The notes beneath the pieces were generated by a model. That model was not told the origin of the DNA. It did not search any database and worked only from the letters and a program-made list of their open reading frames with translations. From Candidatus Oxydemutatoraceae bacterium (GTDB lineage Bacteria; Pseudomonadota; Gammaproteobacteria; Poriferisulfidales; Oxydemutatoraceae): a stretch of 64,000 nucleotides of DNA. The stretch lies in the NCBI GenBank assembly GCA_965218975.1, contig OZ244717.1:1152001-1216000 (forward strand). The letters are read 5' to 3'. Positions 51,563-60,085 of the stretch are shown one piece after another. Every line of letters begins with the position of its first letter. Positions within the stretch are counted from its first letter, which is position 1. The position numbers and the translations under genes were made by a program.

Positions 51563-51985
51563 CCCGAGTGTCCGCACGATTGTGTGCCTGATCGCGGATG
51601 CGCCGGATAAGATCTGTTATAAGATGGCGCTGTATTCCGCAGCGTCTGAATGCCAAAGGACAAACAAAACGACTGTTCAAGCGCCGTTGCAGGGCACGCA
51701 AGCCGAAACACTTCAAAGCACAGTATCCGGGGCATTGCATTGCCCTCCTGGATACGATTGTGCGTTATCAGCACGGAGTGCGCCGCTACGTCTTAACGGC
51801 CATTGATGTCTATACCCGTATGGCAACACGGGAATCACCCGTGATTGAGCAGTGGCTGACCTATCCCAAGTGTCCAAAAATGAACGCACACATCGAGCGT
51901 TTCAACCGCACTGTCCAAGAAGATTGTATCGATCATGCAGAAGACCTGCTATTCGCCGATACGGAAGCATTCAATGATTGATTAT

Positions 51986-52242
51986 GAAACCGTTTTGTGT
52001 TTGTTGGCGGATGCTCAGCAAAGTGCCTGTCGTCCATGACGAGACTTGGTTCTGTCAATAAGCGCCAGCCCCGACATCCTTGTCGGGTCGTTCGCCGCTG
52101 AAAATCGATCGGTTTTCCGGGCGCGTCTCACCCTGCTCGTCCATGACGAGACTTGGTTCTGTCAATAAGCGCCAGCCTCGACGTCCTTGTCGGGTCGTTC
52201 GCCGCTGAAAACCGATCGGTTTTCCGGGCGCGTCTCACCCTG
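51986..52242 (+). repeat. Tail plus two tandem 107-bp units
   Basis: Unit ends at 52135 and 52242. Confidence 0.97.
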
Positions 52243-52352
52243 CGCCGCCCTCATGCCGGCAACGGACAGAAAGCACCGATCCGAATGTTACTGCCGAACG
52301 CTTCCCCCGAAGCCCTTCAAGAATCCCATTTAGGGTGGCATCGTACAAAATT

Positions 52353-53814
52353 TGCATAAGCTCAGAAACATTTGGCACTCCTGCCGACAGGAGAAGCAGC
52401 CTTGCAAATCCAACACATAGGCTATCGAATCCGGGGGTTTTACCGGGTCGCTAAAATCGGGCATAGTTGGGATACTATGACTTACGATGCAAAACAACGA
52501 CTCAAAATTCTCACCTTCCAGGAAAACCATGGCATGGCCGCTGCCTGCGATGCATTCAAGGTCAGTCGCCGTACCTTGTATCGGTGGCGGCAGACCTTGA
52601 GGGAAGCCGGACACAACGTAGCGGTACTGGTGCCGCGTTCGACCGCACCGCATCGCCGACGGCAGGCGCGGTGCCCATCCGGTTTGGTGCAAGCAATCCG
52701 CCGTCTGCGCGAGCGGTATCCGAACTTAGGTAAACAGCCGGTGCATAAGTTGCTTGAGCCGTGGTGCGAGCGCCACGGCCTGACCACCCCCAGCGTCTCG
52801 ACTATCGGGCGCATCATCGCCGCAGCGCCTTGATGCCCGCGGTCGGCGCCGACCGTACCGCCGGATCAACAGGTAAAGTCTTTGAGCTGATGAAACCGTT
52901 TTGTGTTTGTTGGTGAATGCTCAGCAAAGTGCCTGTCGTCCATGACGAGACTTGGTTCTGTCAATGAGCGCCAGCCCCGACGTCCTTGTCGGGTCGTTCG
53001 CCGCTGAAAACCGATCGGTTTTCCGGGCGCGTCTCACCCTGCTCGTCCATGACGAGACTTGGTTCTGTCAATGAGCGCCAGCCCCGACGTCCTTGTCGGG
53101 TCGTTCGCCGCTGAAAACCGATCGGTTTTCCGGGCGCGTCTCACCCTGCTCGTCCATGACGAGACTTGGTTCTGTCAATGAGCGCCAGCCCCGACGTCCT
53201 TGTCGGGTCGTTCGCCGCTGAAAACCGATCGGTTTTCCGGGCGCGTCTCACCCTGCTCGTTCATGACGAGACTTGGTTCTGTCAATGAACGCCAGCTCCG
53301 ACGTCCTTGTCGGGTCGTTTGCCACTGAAAACCGATCGGTTTTCCGGGCGCGTCTCACCCGCCGCTACGTGTTCACCTTCATTGCCCCGCGCTCGCGCGT
53401 TGCGTTTGCGTGGGCTTCCACTACCCGCAGCAGCCGGCGCAGCGCACACGCCCTGCAGCTGTTGTGTGAACTGGTGCCGAAACCGATCAACTATATTTTG
53501 TCCGACAACGGCTCGGAGTTTATGAAGGACTTCGAGACCGAGTTGAAACAGCGCCGGACCACCCACTGGTGGACTTATCCGAAGTCGCCGAAGATGAACA
53601 GTTGCTGCGAGCGTTTCAATCGCACCTTGCAGGAGTCATTCGCGGACTACCACGAGGATCTTCTGTTCGCCGACGTGGCCTACTTTAACCGGGAATTGGC
53701 CCAATGGCTGGTGTTTTACAACACCCAGCGCCCCATCATTCACTGGGGTTACAATCCCCGATACAATCGCTCTTAACTCACCATCCGGAGTGCCAAATGT
53801 TATGGACTTATACA
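52353..53814 (+). mobile_element. Locus C2: disrupted family-2 IS481 element
   Basis: TIRs TGCATAAGCTCAGAAACATTTGGCACTCC and (reverse) TGTATAAGTCCATAACATTTGGCACTCC. HTH half (VSRRTLYRW, YPNLGK, PSVSTIGR) and rve half (SDNGSEF, ERFNRTLQE) are separated by a repeat array. Confidence 0.92.
52873..53360 (+). repeat. Family-1-derived leader plus four tandem 107-bp units
   Basis: Unit ends at 53041, 53148, 53255 and 53360; near-identical copies. Confidence 0.98.
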
Positions 53815-53886
53815 CGCGCTTTACCTTACTTATCTTTGCTTATAAAATACGCTTCCGCAAGTAGATAGTAGCAAACTAATTTATTG

Positions 53887-54519
53887 ATGAAATATAGAAA
53901 TTTTGTTTTAACCGCAGTGTTAATAGTGTTAATGCTGACGGTATCTGTGCATGCGGTTGCAGAAAAGAACGGAGAAATATTGGCAAACACCTGTTTGGGT
54001 TGCCACGGCGTGCCAAGCTATACCAATGTATATCCTAGTTATAAAGTACCCAAACTGGCGGGTCAGCATAAAGAATACATAATTTCCGCATTGCAAGCTT
54101 ACCGTAGCGGAAATCGTTCACACCCGACAATGAAAGTGCAATCGATGCGTTTATCCTACAGTGATATAACTGCTATTGCCGCTTATTTTGGTCAAATGAA
54201 ATCAGAGAAAGGGGACCCGAATGCGATGATTCCCGAAAACTTAAAAACGCAGGTTTTGACGTGCGCCGCTTGTCATAGCAATGATGGTAACAGTTTAGTG
54301 CCGACTTTTCCTCGGATTGCCGGGCAGCATGAAAGTTATATTTATCAGAGTCTGACGGATTACAAGAGTGGCAAGCGCAATAATCCGATTATGCTTGGAA
54401 TCGTTTCTACTTTGAGCGACAACGATATGAAAGTTTTAGCAAAGTACTTTGCCTCGCGCAAAGGTTTGGGGACAATCTCACTTTCCGAGACGAGTGAGCA
54501 AACTATTCGCTTCGATTGA
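53887..54519 (+). CDS. Dihaem cytochrome c4/c553-like protein
   Basis: Signal peptide, two CxxCH motifs (CLGCH, CAACH), each followed by P.[LI]AGQH and an axial Met. Confidence 0.92.
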   Translation: MKYRNFVLTAVLIVLMLTVSVHAVAEKNGEILANTCLGCHGVPSYTNVYPSYKVPKLAGQHKEYIISALQAYRSGNRSHPTMKVQSMRLSYSDITAIAAYFGQMKSEKGDPNAMIPENLKTQVLTCAACHSNDGNSLVPTFPRIAGQHESYIYQSLTDYKSGKRNNPIMLGIVSTLSDNDMKVLAKYFASRKGLGTISLSETSEQTIRFD

Positions 54520-54532
54520 TTGGCAGGCTTGT

Positions 54533-54775
54533 TTACTCGGCTTGTCGATTGAATTCGGCGATGGTATAAGCATTTATGGATAAAGCATGGAGCGTGCCAT
54601 CTGCAATATATGAATTAACGGCTGCATAAACTGCTTGGTGGCGTTTGATTGGTGTTAGGTCAGAAAAAGTATCGCTGATTACTGTTACTTCAAACTTCCC
54701 GGCTCCTCCTGTAGCCGTCACAGTCGCTCCGTTAATGTGCTGTGCGATTATTTCCTGTAATTGCATGGTGTCCAT
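54533..54775 (-). CDS. BolA/IbaG-family protein
   Basis: 80 aa, VISDTF...IKRHQAVY, LHALSINAYT. Confidence 0.88.
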   Translation of the reverse strand: MDTMQLQEIIAQHINGATVTATGGAGKFEVTVISDTFSDLTPIKRHQAVYAAVNSYIADGTLHALSINAYTIAEFNRQAE

Positions 54776-54836
54776 TTAAGTTTTAAGTGTTTTCCAGCTT
54801 AATTATAATACGGCAATAAATCGGTTGCATAGTGCC

Positions 54837-54971
54837 TGTACGATGCCACCCTAAATGGGATTTTTGAAGAGCTTCGAAGGAAACGTTACTGCTTGAAGAC
54901 AATCGGTGCGTTTAACCGGCAGATGATCGATACAGCTCCTTCATTTGTCCGGAATGTATTGGCATCGTACA
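54837..54971. mobile_element. 135-bp IS481-derived MITE-like element
   Basis: Perfect 12-bp TIR TGTACGATGCCA...TGGCATCGTACA. One end is the family-1 right end; the other resembles 13809-13846. Confidence 0.82.
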
Positions 54972-55041
54972 TAACGCTTGACTTTACTAATGAATTTTCG
55001 TTATGCTGCAGATCTCATCGCAGCTTTTTAGGAGACAAACT

Positions 55042-55644
55042 ATGTCAGATAACTGGAAATTAGAGGGCCACTATTTTGAATCTTGCACGTGTGATCTCGT
55101 CTGTCCGTGCATTTTTCTTGCGCCTCCGAGCAAAGGTTTCTGTGAAGCATTCCTCGGGTGGCACATTGAAAAAGGATATATGGACGATACCGATTTATCA
55201 AGACTGAATGTTGCCGCTTGGTTACATGCGCCCGGTTTATTGACAGACGGCGGCTGGAAGTTTGCGCTATATATTGATGACAAAGCTAGCGAAGACCAGA
55301 AGAATGCTTTACAGAAAATCTACGGTGGAGAGGCCGGCGGACATCCCGCGGTAATCGCCAGTCTAGTCGGTGAAGTGATGGGAGTGCATTCAGCGGCAAT
55401 CACAATTAGCGGCGATGCAAAAAGCAAAACTTTGAAAGTTGATGGTACGGGGGAATTAACTGTCAATGCATTAGAAGGCGAGGATGGGGGACCGGTGGTT
55501 GTACATAACCATCCGTTGGCCGTCGCGCCAGGCAATGACATCATTGTCCACAAATCGGTAAAGGGTGAATACAGCGGCCATGGTAAGCAGTGGCAAATAT
55601 CCGATACTGTATCGCTGGCAGCATCATTCCAGTATCAACCTTAG
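55042..55644 (+). CDS. DUF1326-family protein
   Basis: W.LEGHYFESCTCDLVCPC, WHIEKG, LYIDDKAS..Q..AL..IYGG. AGGAGA RBS before ATG 55042. Confidence 0.85.
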   Translation: MSDNWKLEGHYFESCTCDLVCPCIFLAPPSKGFCEAFLGWHIEKGYMDDTDLSRLNVAAWLHAPGLLTDGGWKFALYIDDKASEDQKNALQKIYGGEAGGHPAVIASLVGEVMGVHSAAITISGDAKSKTLKVDGTGELTVNALEGEDGGPVVVHNHPLAVAPGNDIIVHKSVKGEYSGHGKQWQISDTVSLAASFQYQP

Positions 55645-55706
55645 CCGGAAGCATGTTGGCAAATATAGCTCTCACGTCTCACGCGATGGTTTGCCTTGTA
55701 AACTTT

Positions 55707-56105
55707 TCAACCGGACAACTGACGCATCAATTCGTCAACTGAAAACAGACCGTGCACTGATTGAATTTTATTGCCGTTTACGCAAATAAAGTCGCAACCG
55801 GGCAATGCGATTTTACGATGCGTCGCCGCCTGCTCGCCTAGCGGACCGCTGTTAACCCCATGGAAAATCCATGGGGCGGCAATATTACCGGTAGTCGTAA
55901 CTTGATTACAAATTAGTTCCAGCCGCAGGTCGGGAAAAGCATTAAATAACGACTTTGCATAATCAGCAATCGCTTGTCCGCTCAAATCCCCATTGGTCGT
56001 CGGGTCCGAATAAGTCCCTTGCGCTTCAAACAAGTCTAATATCGCTGCGGGATTATGAGCATCCCAAGCATCAAAGTAAATTTGAACAATATCGGTTGCC
56101 TGCAT
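55707..56105 (-). CDS. SnoaL/NTF2-like (ester cyclase family) protein
   Basis: YFDAWDAH, GTYSDP, LFNAFPDL, HGVNSGP, ALPGCDF. Confidence 0.8.
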   Translation of the reverse strand: MQATDIVQIYFDAWDAHNPAAILDLFEAQGTYSDPTTNGDLSGQAIADYAKSLFNAFPDLRLELICNQVTTTGNIAAPWIFHGVNSGPLGEQAATHRKIALPGCDFICVNGNKIQSVHGLFSVDELMRQLSG

Positions 56106-56175
56106 AGAACCCCTCAATTTTTAGTGGCATAGTACGCCCAACAGCTATTGTATCTCTTTTCGGATTGAATAAGAA

Positions 56176-57230
56176 TGTACGATGCCACCCTAGATGGGAT
56201 TTTTGAAGGGCTTCGGGGGAAGCGTTCGGCAGTAACATTCGGATCGGTGCTTTCTGTCCGTTGCCGGTATGAGGACGATGCAGGGTGAGACGCGCCGCTG
56301 AAAACCGACCGGTTTTCAGCGGCGAACGACCCGACAAGGACGTCGGGGCTGGGGCTCATTGACAGAACCAAGTCTCGTCATGGACGACAAGCACTTTGCC
56401 AGGTTGCGGCAGTACCGACACTATACACGCCAGGGTCAGGCGCAGGAATGCGGCTATTACAGCGGTTGGTTGCCACTGCTATTGCCATTCGGGTATAGAC
56501 ATCAATGGCCGTTAAGACGTAGCGGCGCACTCCGTGCTGATAACGCACAATCGTATCCAGGGCGATGCAATGCCCCGGGTACTGTGCTTTGAAGTGTTTC
56601 GGCTTGCGTGCCCTGCAACGGCGCTTAAACGGTCGTTTTGTTTGTCCTTTGGCATTCAGCCGCTGCGGAATATAGCGCATTTTATCCGGCGCATTTGCGA
56701 TCAGGCGCGCAATCGTGCGGACACTCGGGCAGGGTGAGATGCGCCCGGAAAACCGATCGGTTTTCAGCGGCGAACGACCCGACAAGGATGTCGGGGCTGG
56801 GGTTCATTCGCAGAACCAAGTTTCATCATGGGTGAGATGCGCCCGGAAAACCAATTGGTTTTCAGCGGTGAACGACCCGACAAGGACGTCGGGGCTGGAG
56901 CTTGTTGACAGAACCCAGTCGCGTCATGGACGACAGGCACTTTGCCGACAATCCGGCACAATCCGCCGACAACACGGCAACAAACACAAAACGGTTTCAT
57001 CAGCTCAAAGATTTTACTGCTGCCGAGATTCGCCAAAGCTGCCGAAATTCTGCCTGGCGCAGGGTGAGACGCGCCCGGAAAACCGATCGGTTTTCAGCGG
57101 CGAACGACTCGACAAGGACGTCGGGGCTGGCGCTCATTGACAGAACCAAGTCTCGTCATGGACGACAAGCACTTTGCTGACAATCCGCCGGCGCCTCTTA
57201 CGCGGCGCTTTGCCGCGATCATGTAAGGCG
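56176..57230 (-). mobile_element. Locus E: decayed family-1 IS481 element with four internal repeat units, left end lost
   Basis: Right TIR at 56176; fragments KAPRKR, NLGSSKIFELMKPFC, PCPSVRTI...HCIALDT...ATNRCNSR. Repeats start at 56281, 56730, 56830 and 57060. Confidence 0.88.
56730..57000 (-). repeat. Repeat dimer with 98-bp junction (second unit variant B) plus duplicated tail
   Basis: GGGTGAG at 56732 and 56830. Confidence 0.93.
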
Positions 57231-57311
57231 TGTACGATGCCACCCTAAATGGGATTCTTGAAGGGCTTCTCCTCCTGTGGCAGGAGTGCCAAATGTTTCT
57301 GAGCTTATGCA
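57231..57311. mobile_element. 81-bp chimeric mini-element: family-1 right end fused to family-2 left end
   Basis: TGTACGATGCCACCCTAAATGGGATTCTTGAAGGGCTTC joined to CAGGAGTGCCAAATGTTTCTGAGCTTATGCA. Confidence 0.82.
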
Positions 57312-57358
57312 TCCAAGAATTTGGTACGTTTCCGGACATATAAATATAATGTAAGTAT

Positions 57359-58165
57359 ATGGCGCCATTTAAATTCTCGATATTGACAACTATGCCTTTG
57401 GTCGCGTTGGATTTTCGCAGCCGTTGGATCGTGTTCTCTTTATTGTTTGCCCTCGCTGGTATCGGCTGGTTTTATTTGGTTTACATGGCTTGGGCAATGC
57501 AGAATATGGAGTTAGTCGAGATGTGGATGCCGCCGGTTGCCGGAACGCGTGTTTGGCAAGCGACCGATTTTCTGATGTTATTTTTGATGTGGGCGCTGAT
57601 GATGGCGGCGATGATGCTACCCTCAACGTTGCCGATGGTAACACTTTTTGCAGTAGTACAGAGGAAGATGAAACAAACGATAGCGATTCCGGTCGCGATT
57701 TTTATCTCGGCATATTTAGTTGCGTGGACTATGTATAGCATTATTGTCACCGTTCTGCAGTGGCAATTGCATGAAAGAGGTTTGCTTGATCCGATGATGG
57801 ATAGCCGCAGTTATTTATGGAGCGGGATTGTTCTATCAGTTGCAGGTTTATATCAGTGGACACCGTTCAAAGAAGCGTGTTTGAATCAGTGTCGCAGCCC
57901 GTTAAGTTTTTTGATAGCGAGTTGGCGCGATGGGTATTGGGGAACATTTTACATGGGGGTACGGCATGGCTTTTATTGTGTCGGTTGTTGCTGGGCACTG
58001 ATGGGAGTTTTATTTGCTGTCGGCGTGATGAATATGCTGTGGATTATCATTTTGTCGATATTTACTTTGCTTGAAAAAATTTTATTGCCACCACTGGTGG
58101 GACGGATAACGGTTGGATTGATCTTACTCGTCTGGGGTATTTGGTGGCTTACATTACACTTTTGA
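57359..58165 (+). CDS. DUF2182-family predicted metal-binding integral membrane protein
   Basis: MWALMMAAMMLPS, GLYQWTPFKEACLNQCRSP, YCVGCCWALM, GVMNMLW, LEK. Confidence 0.9.
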   Translation: MAPFKFSILTTMPLVALDFRSRWIVFSLLFALAGIGWFYLVYMAWAMQNMELVEMWMPPVAGTRVWQATDFLMLFLMWALMMAAMMLPSTLPMVTLFAVVQRKMKQTIAIPVAIFISAYLVAWTMYSIIVTVLQWQLHERGLLDPMMDSRSYLWSGIVLSVAGLYQWTPFKEACLNQCRSPLSFLIASWRDGYWGTFYMGVRHGFYCVGCCWALMGVLFAVGVMNMLWIIILSIFTLLEKILLPPLVGRITVGLILLVWGIWWLTLHF

Positions 58166-58181
58166 TAACGACCCATTTGTA

Positions 58182-58856
58182 CTATGCCATTGTGCCTTTC
58201 GTATATACAACTAGCACAAATAAACTTTTATACCATGGTTGATCCAGTTTGTCTTCGCACAGTCTAAGCTGGTTGCGATAACTTATAAAGTTTTTTTGTA
58301 CTTTACGCGCCACTTTTGTCAACCATTTTTTGTTCGCATATGATTTATCGCGGTATCCCTCCCAACCTTCATGGTAGGCGAGATAGAGGTTATATGCGTC
58401 GTCGCGTTTCAGCTTGATGACATTTGCGCTTTTATTATTATACCAGCCGATAAAGTCAGTCGCGTCGGAAAACCGGTTGCGAAAGACGAATTTTCTGCCG
58501 GTTTCCTTTTTGTAGTCTTCCCATGCGGATTTGGTTGCCTGAGCGTAGCCGTATGCCGAGGGTTTCCGCAGCCATGGGATGAAGCCTAAAAAGTTTTTAC
58601 GCGGCGGACGGGCATTGCTTTTGAAACCGGATTCTTGATGTATGAACGCTAAAATGAGCGCCGTCGACACCTGCCACTTTTGTTCTGACGCTTTTGCCGC
58701 ACGATACCAATTCGTGCGCTGTTCAAAAATCCCGCAGGCGTTGTCTGTTTTGCTCAGAGGAGAAGACAACCATGCGCATCCTCCAATCAACCAAACGCTT
58801 ACGGCCATTGCAAATAACAATGTTCCGTTGCGGAATCGGACGAATGGGCTAAACAT
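58182..58856 (-). CDS. SLT-domain (lytic transglycosylase-like) lipoprotein
   Basis: Lipobox-like IGGCA, FIHQESGF..NARPPR, SAYGYAQA, DFIGWY, YLAYHEG. Confidence 0.85.
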   Translation of the reverse strand: MFSPFVRFRNGTLLFAMAVSVWLIGGCAWLSSPLSKTDNACGIFEQRTNWYRAAKASEQKWQVSTALILAFIHQESGFKSNARPPRKNFLGFIPWLRKPSAYGYAQATKSAWEDYKKETGRKFVFRNRFSDATDFIGWYNNKSANVIKLKRDDAYNLYLAYHEGWEGYRDKSYANKKWLTKVARKVQKNFISYRNQLRLCEDKLDQPWYKSLFVLVVYTKGTMA

Positions 58857-58862
58857 CGGGAC

Positions 58863-59717
58863 TCATCTTCCTACTTTCACCAATAGATAATCCAGCATTT
58901 TATCGCTGAATATTTTTTTCAAAGTCCAAAACAAATGCGCCGGGAAAGTGATGCGGTAGCGTGTTTTAGGATGAGATGTTTCCAATGCTTTAATCAGTTT
59001 TGCCACCACCGCCTCGGCGGAAAGTGTGAAAGGAAGCGGTGCTTCTTCACTGCCGAGCCGTTCATGCATTTTTGCATAGTAATTAGCGTATACAGTGCTT
59101 TGTGCACTTATCAATGGTTGAATAGTGCGTTCAAAAACTCGCCGACTGTTTTCGCGGAATCGGGTCGCAATCGGACCGGGTTCCAATAAAATGACTTGTA
59201 TATTGCTTTCGGCAAGTTCTATACGCAATGTGTCCGCCCATCCTTCCAGAGCATATTTGCTTGCAATATATGCCCCTCGAAACGGCAATGCAACGTAACC
59301 AAGAAGAGAACTATTCAGGATAATACGTCCATGTCCTTGTCGACGCATCAACGGAAGTATTTGTTGAGTCAAATCATGCCAACCAAAAAAGTTTGCTTCA
59401 AATTGATTGATTAAATTGCGCCGCGATAAATCTTCTAAGGCGCCGCCTTGTCCGTAAGCGCCATTGTTGAACAAAGCATCTAATTTGCCATTGCACTGCC
59501 GCTTGATTTCTGTAACGCAGCTGGTAACGCTTTCATGATCACTGAGCTCGAGGCGGATGGCATGGATTTTTTCGTGTTGAAGCGTCTGCAAATCTTCGTC
59601 GCGCCGAGCAGTGGCAAAAACACGATAGCCGCGGCCACGCAATATTAATGCGGCGGATTTCCCGATGCCGCTGGAGCATCCTGTGATTAAAATTGATCGA
59701 GGATGAATTTTCGGCAT
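58863..59717 (-). CDS. SDR-family oxidoreductase (YbbO-like)
   Basis: ITGCSSGIG, LFNNGAYG, YIASK, EPGPI. Confidence 0.92.
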   Translation of the reverse strand: MPKIHPRSILITGCSSGIGKSAALILRGRGYRVFATARRDEDLQTLQHEKIHAIRLELSDHESVTSCVTEIKRQCNGKLDALFNNGAYGQGGALEDLSRRNLINQFEANFFGWHDLTQQILPLMRRQGHGRIILNSSLLGYVALPFRGAYIASKYALEGWADTLRIELAESNIQVILLEPGPIATRFRENSRRVFERTIQPLISAQSTVYANYYAKMHERLGSEEAPLPFTLSAEAVVAKLIKALETSHPKTRYRITFPAHLFWTLKKIFSDKMLDYLLVKVGR

Positions 59718-59722
59718 ACTTT

Positions 59723-60085
59723 TTACGAGTGCTTGCAGATATAAAATTTGAATATTTGCATGTTTTCTTTGGGTTTACCTAAGGGCACAATGTGGTCGGC
59801 GCCAATCTTGCCGGCAAGATTACGTGCTTCGATCAATAGCATTTCAGTCCGCTTTTCAGGTGTCCGGCGAAAGAAAACTTGCGCTTTGCTTAAAGTAATT
59901 TGACTGTTGGCCAGATGTTTGCATTGCACCGCTTCAATTCCAGGAACGACTTGTACCAAGTTGCCGTCGTAGGACAGCTTGGGGGCACATCCGGTACTAA
60001 GCAAAGTCATCGTAAGTAAAGCAATGTGTCGGAAATAGGTCACGATACTTGCGATTGAATTTGCCGAATTAAATATTCGGCGCAT
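59723..60085 (-). CDS. Small putative lipoprotein (DUF4156-like)
   Basis: LLSTGC lipobox-like motif, EARNLA...GADHIV, paired Cys; start uncertain. Confidence 0.6.
   Translation of the reverse strand: MRRIFNSANSIASIVTYFRHIALLTMTLLSTGCAPKLSYDGNLVQVVPGIEAVQCKHLANSQITLSKAQVFFRRTPEKRTEMLLIEARNLAGKIGADHIVPLGKPKENMQIFKFYICKHS

Larger units (their letters stand above)
50938..52347 (+). mobile_element. Locus C1: decayed family-1 IS481 element with four internal repeat units
   Basis: Both TIRs present (TGTACAGTGCCAG... and ...TGGCATCGTACA). Fragments MQYQHI, LYRWRQRY, YPNLG, LDT, KMNAHIERFNRTVQE, RPH..SHLGWHRT. Frameshifts; DNG segment deleted. Confidence 0.9.

Noticed and set aside
52935-53041. Group II intron domain V/VI remnant or integron attC site
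   Set aside because: GGTTCTGT and the CTCACCCT end are only superficially similar. There is no domain V helix with the catalytic triad, no RYYYAAC/GTTRRRY box pair, and no RT or integrase gene nearby.
52372-53776. Functional two-ORF transposase using programmed frameshifting (IS3-like)
   Set aside because: The halves are separated by a repeat array, the first catalytic Asp region is deleted, and a further frameshift lies near the RPH motif.
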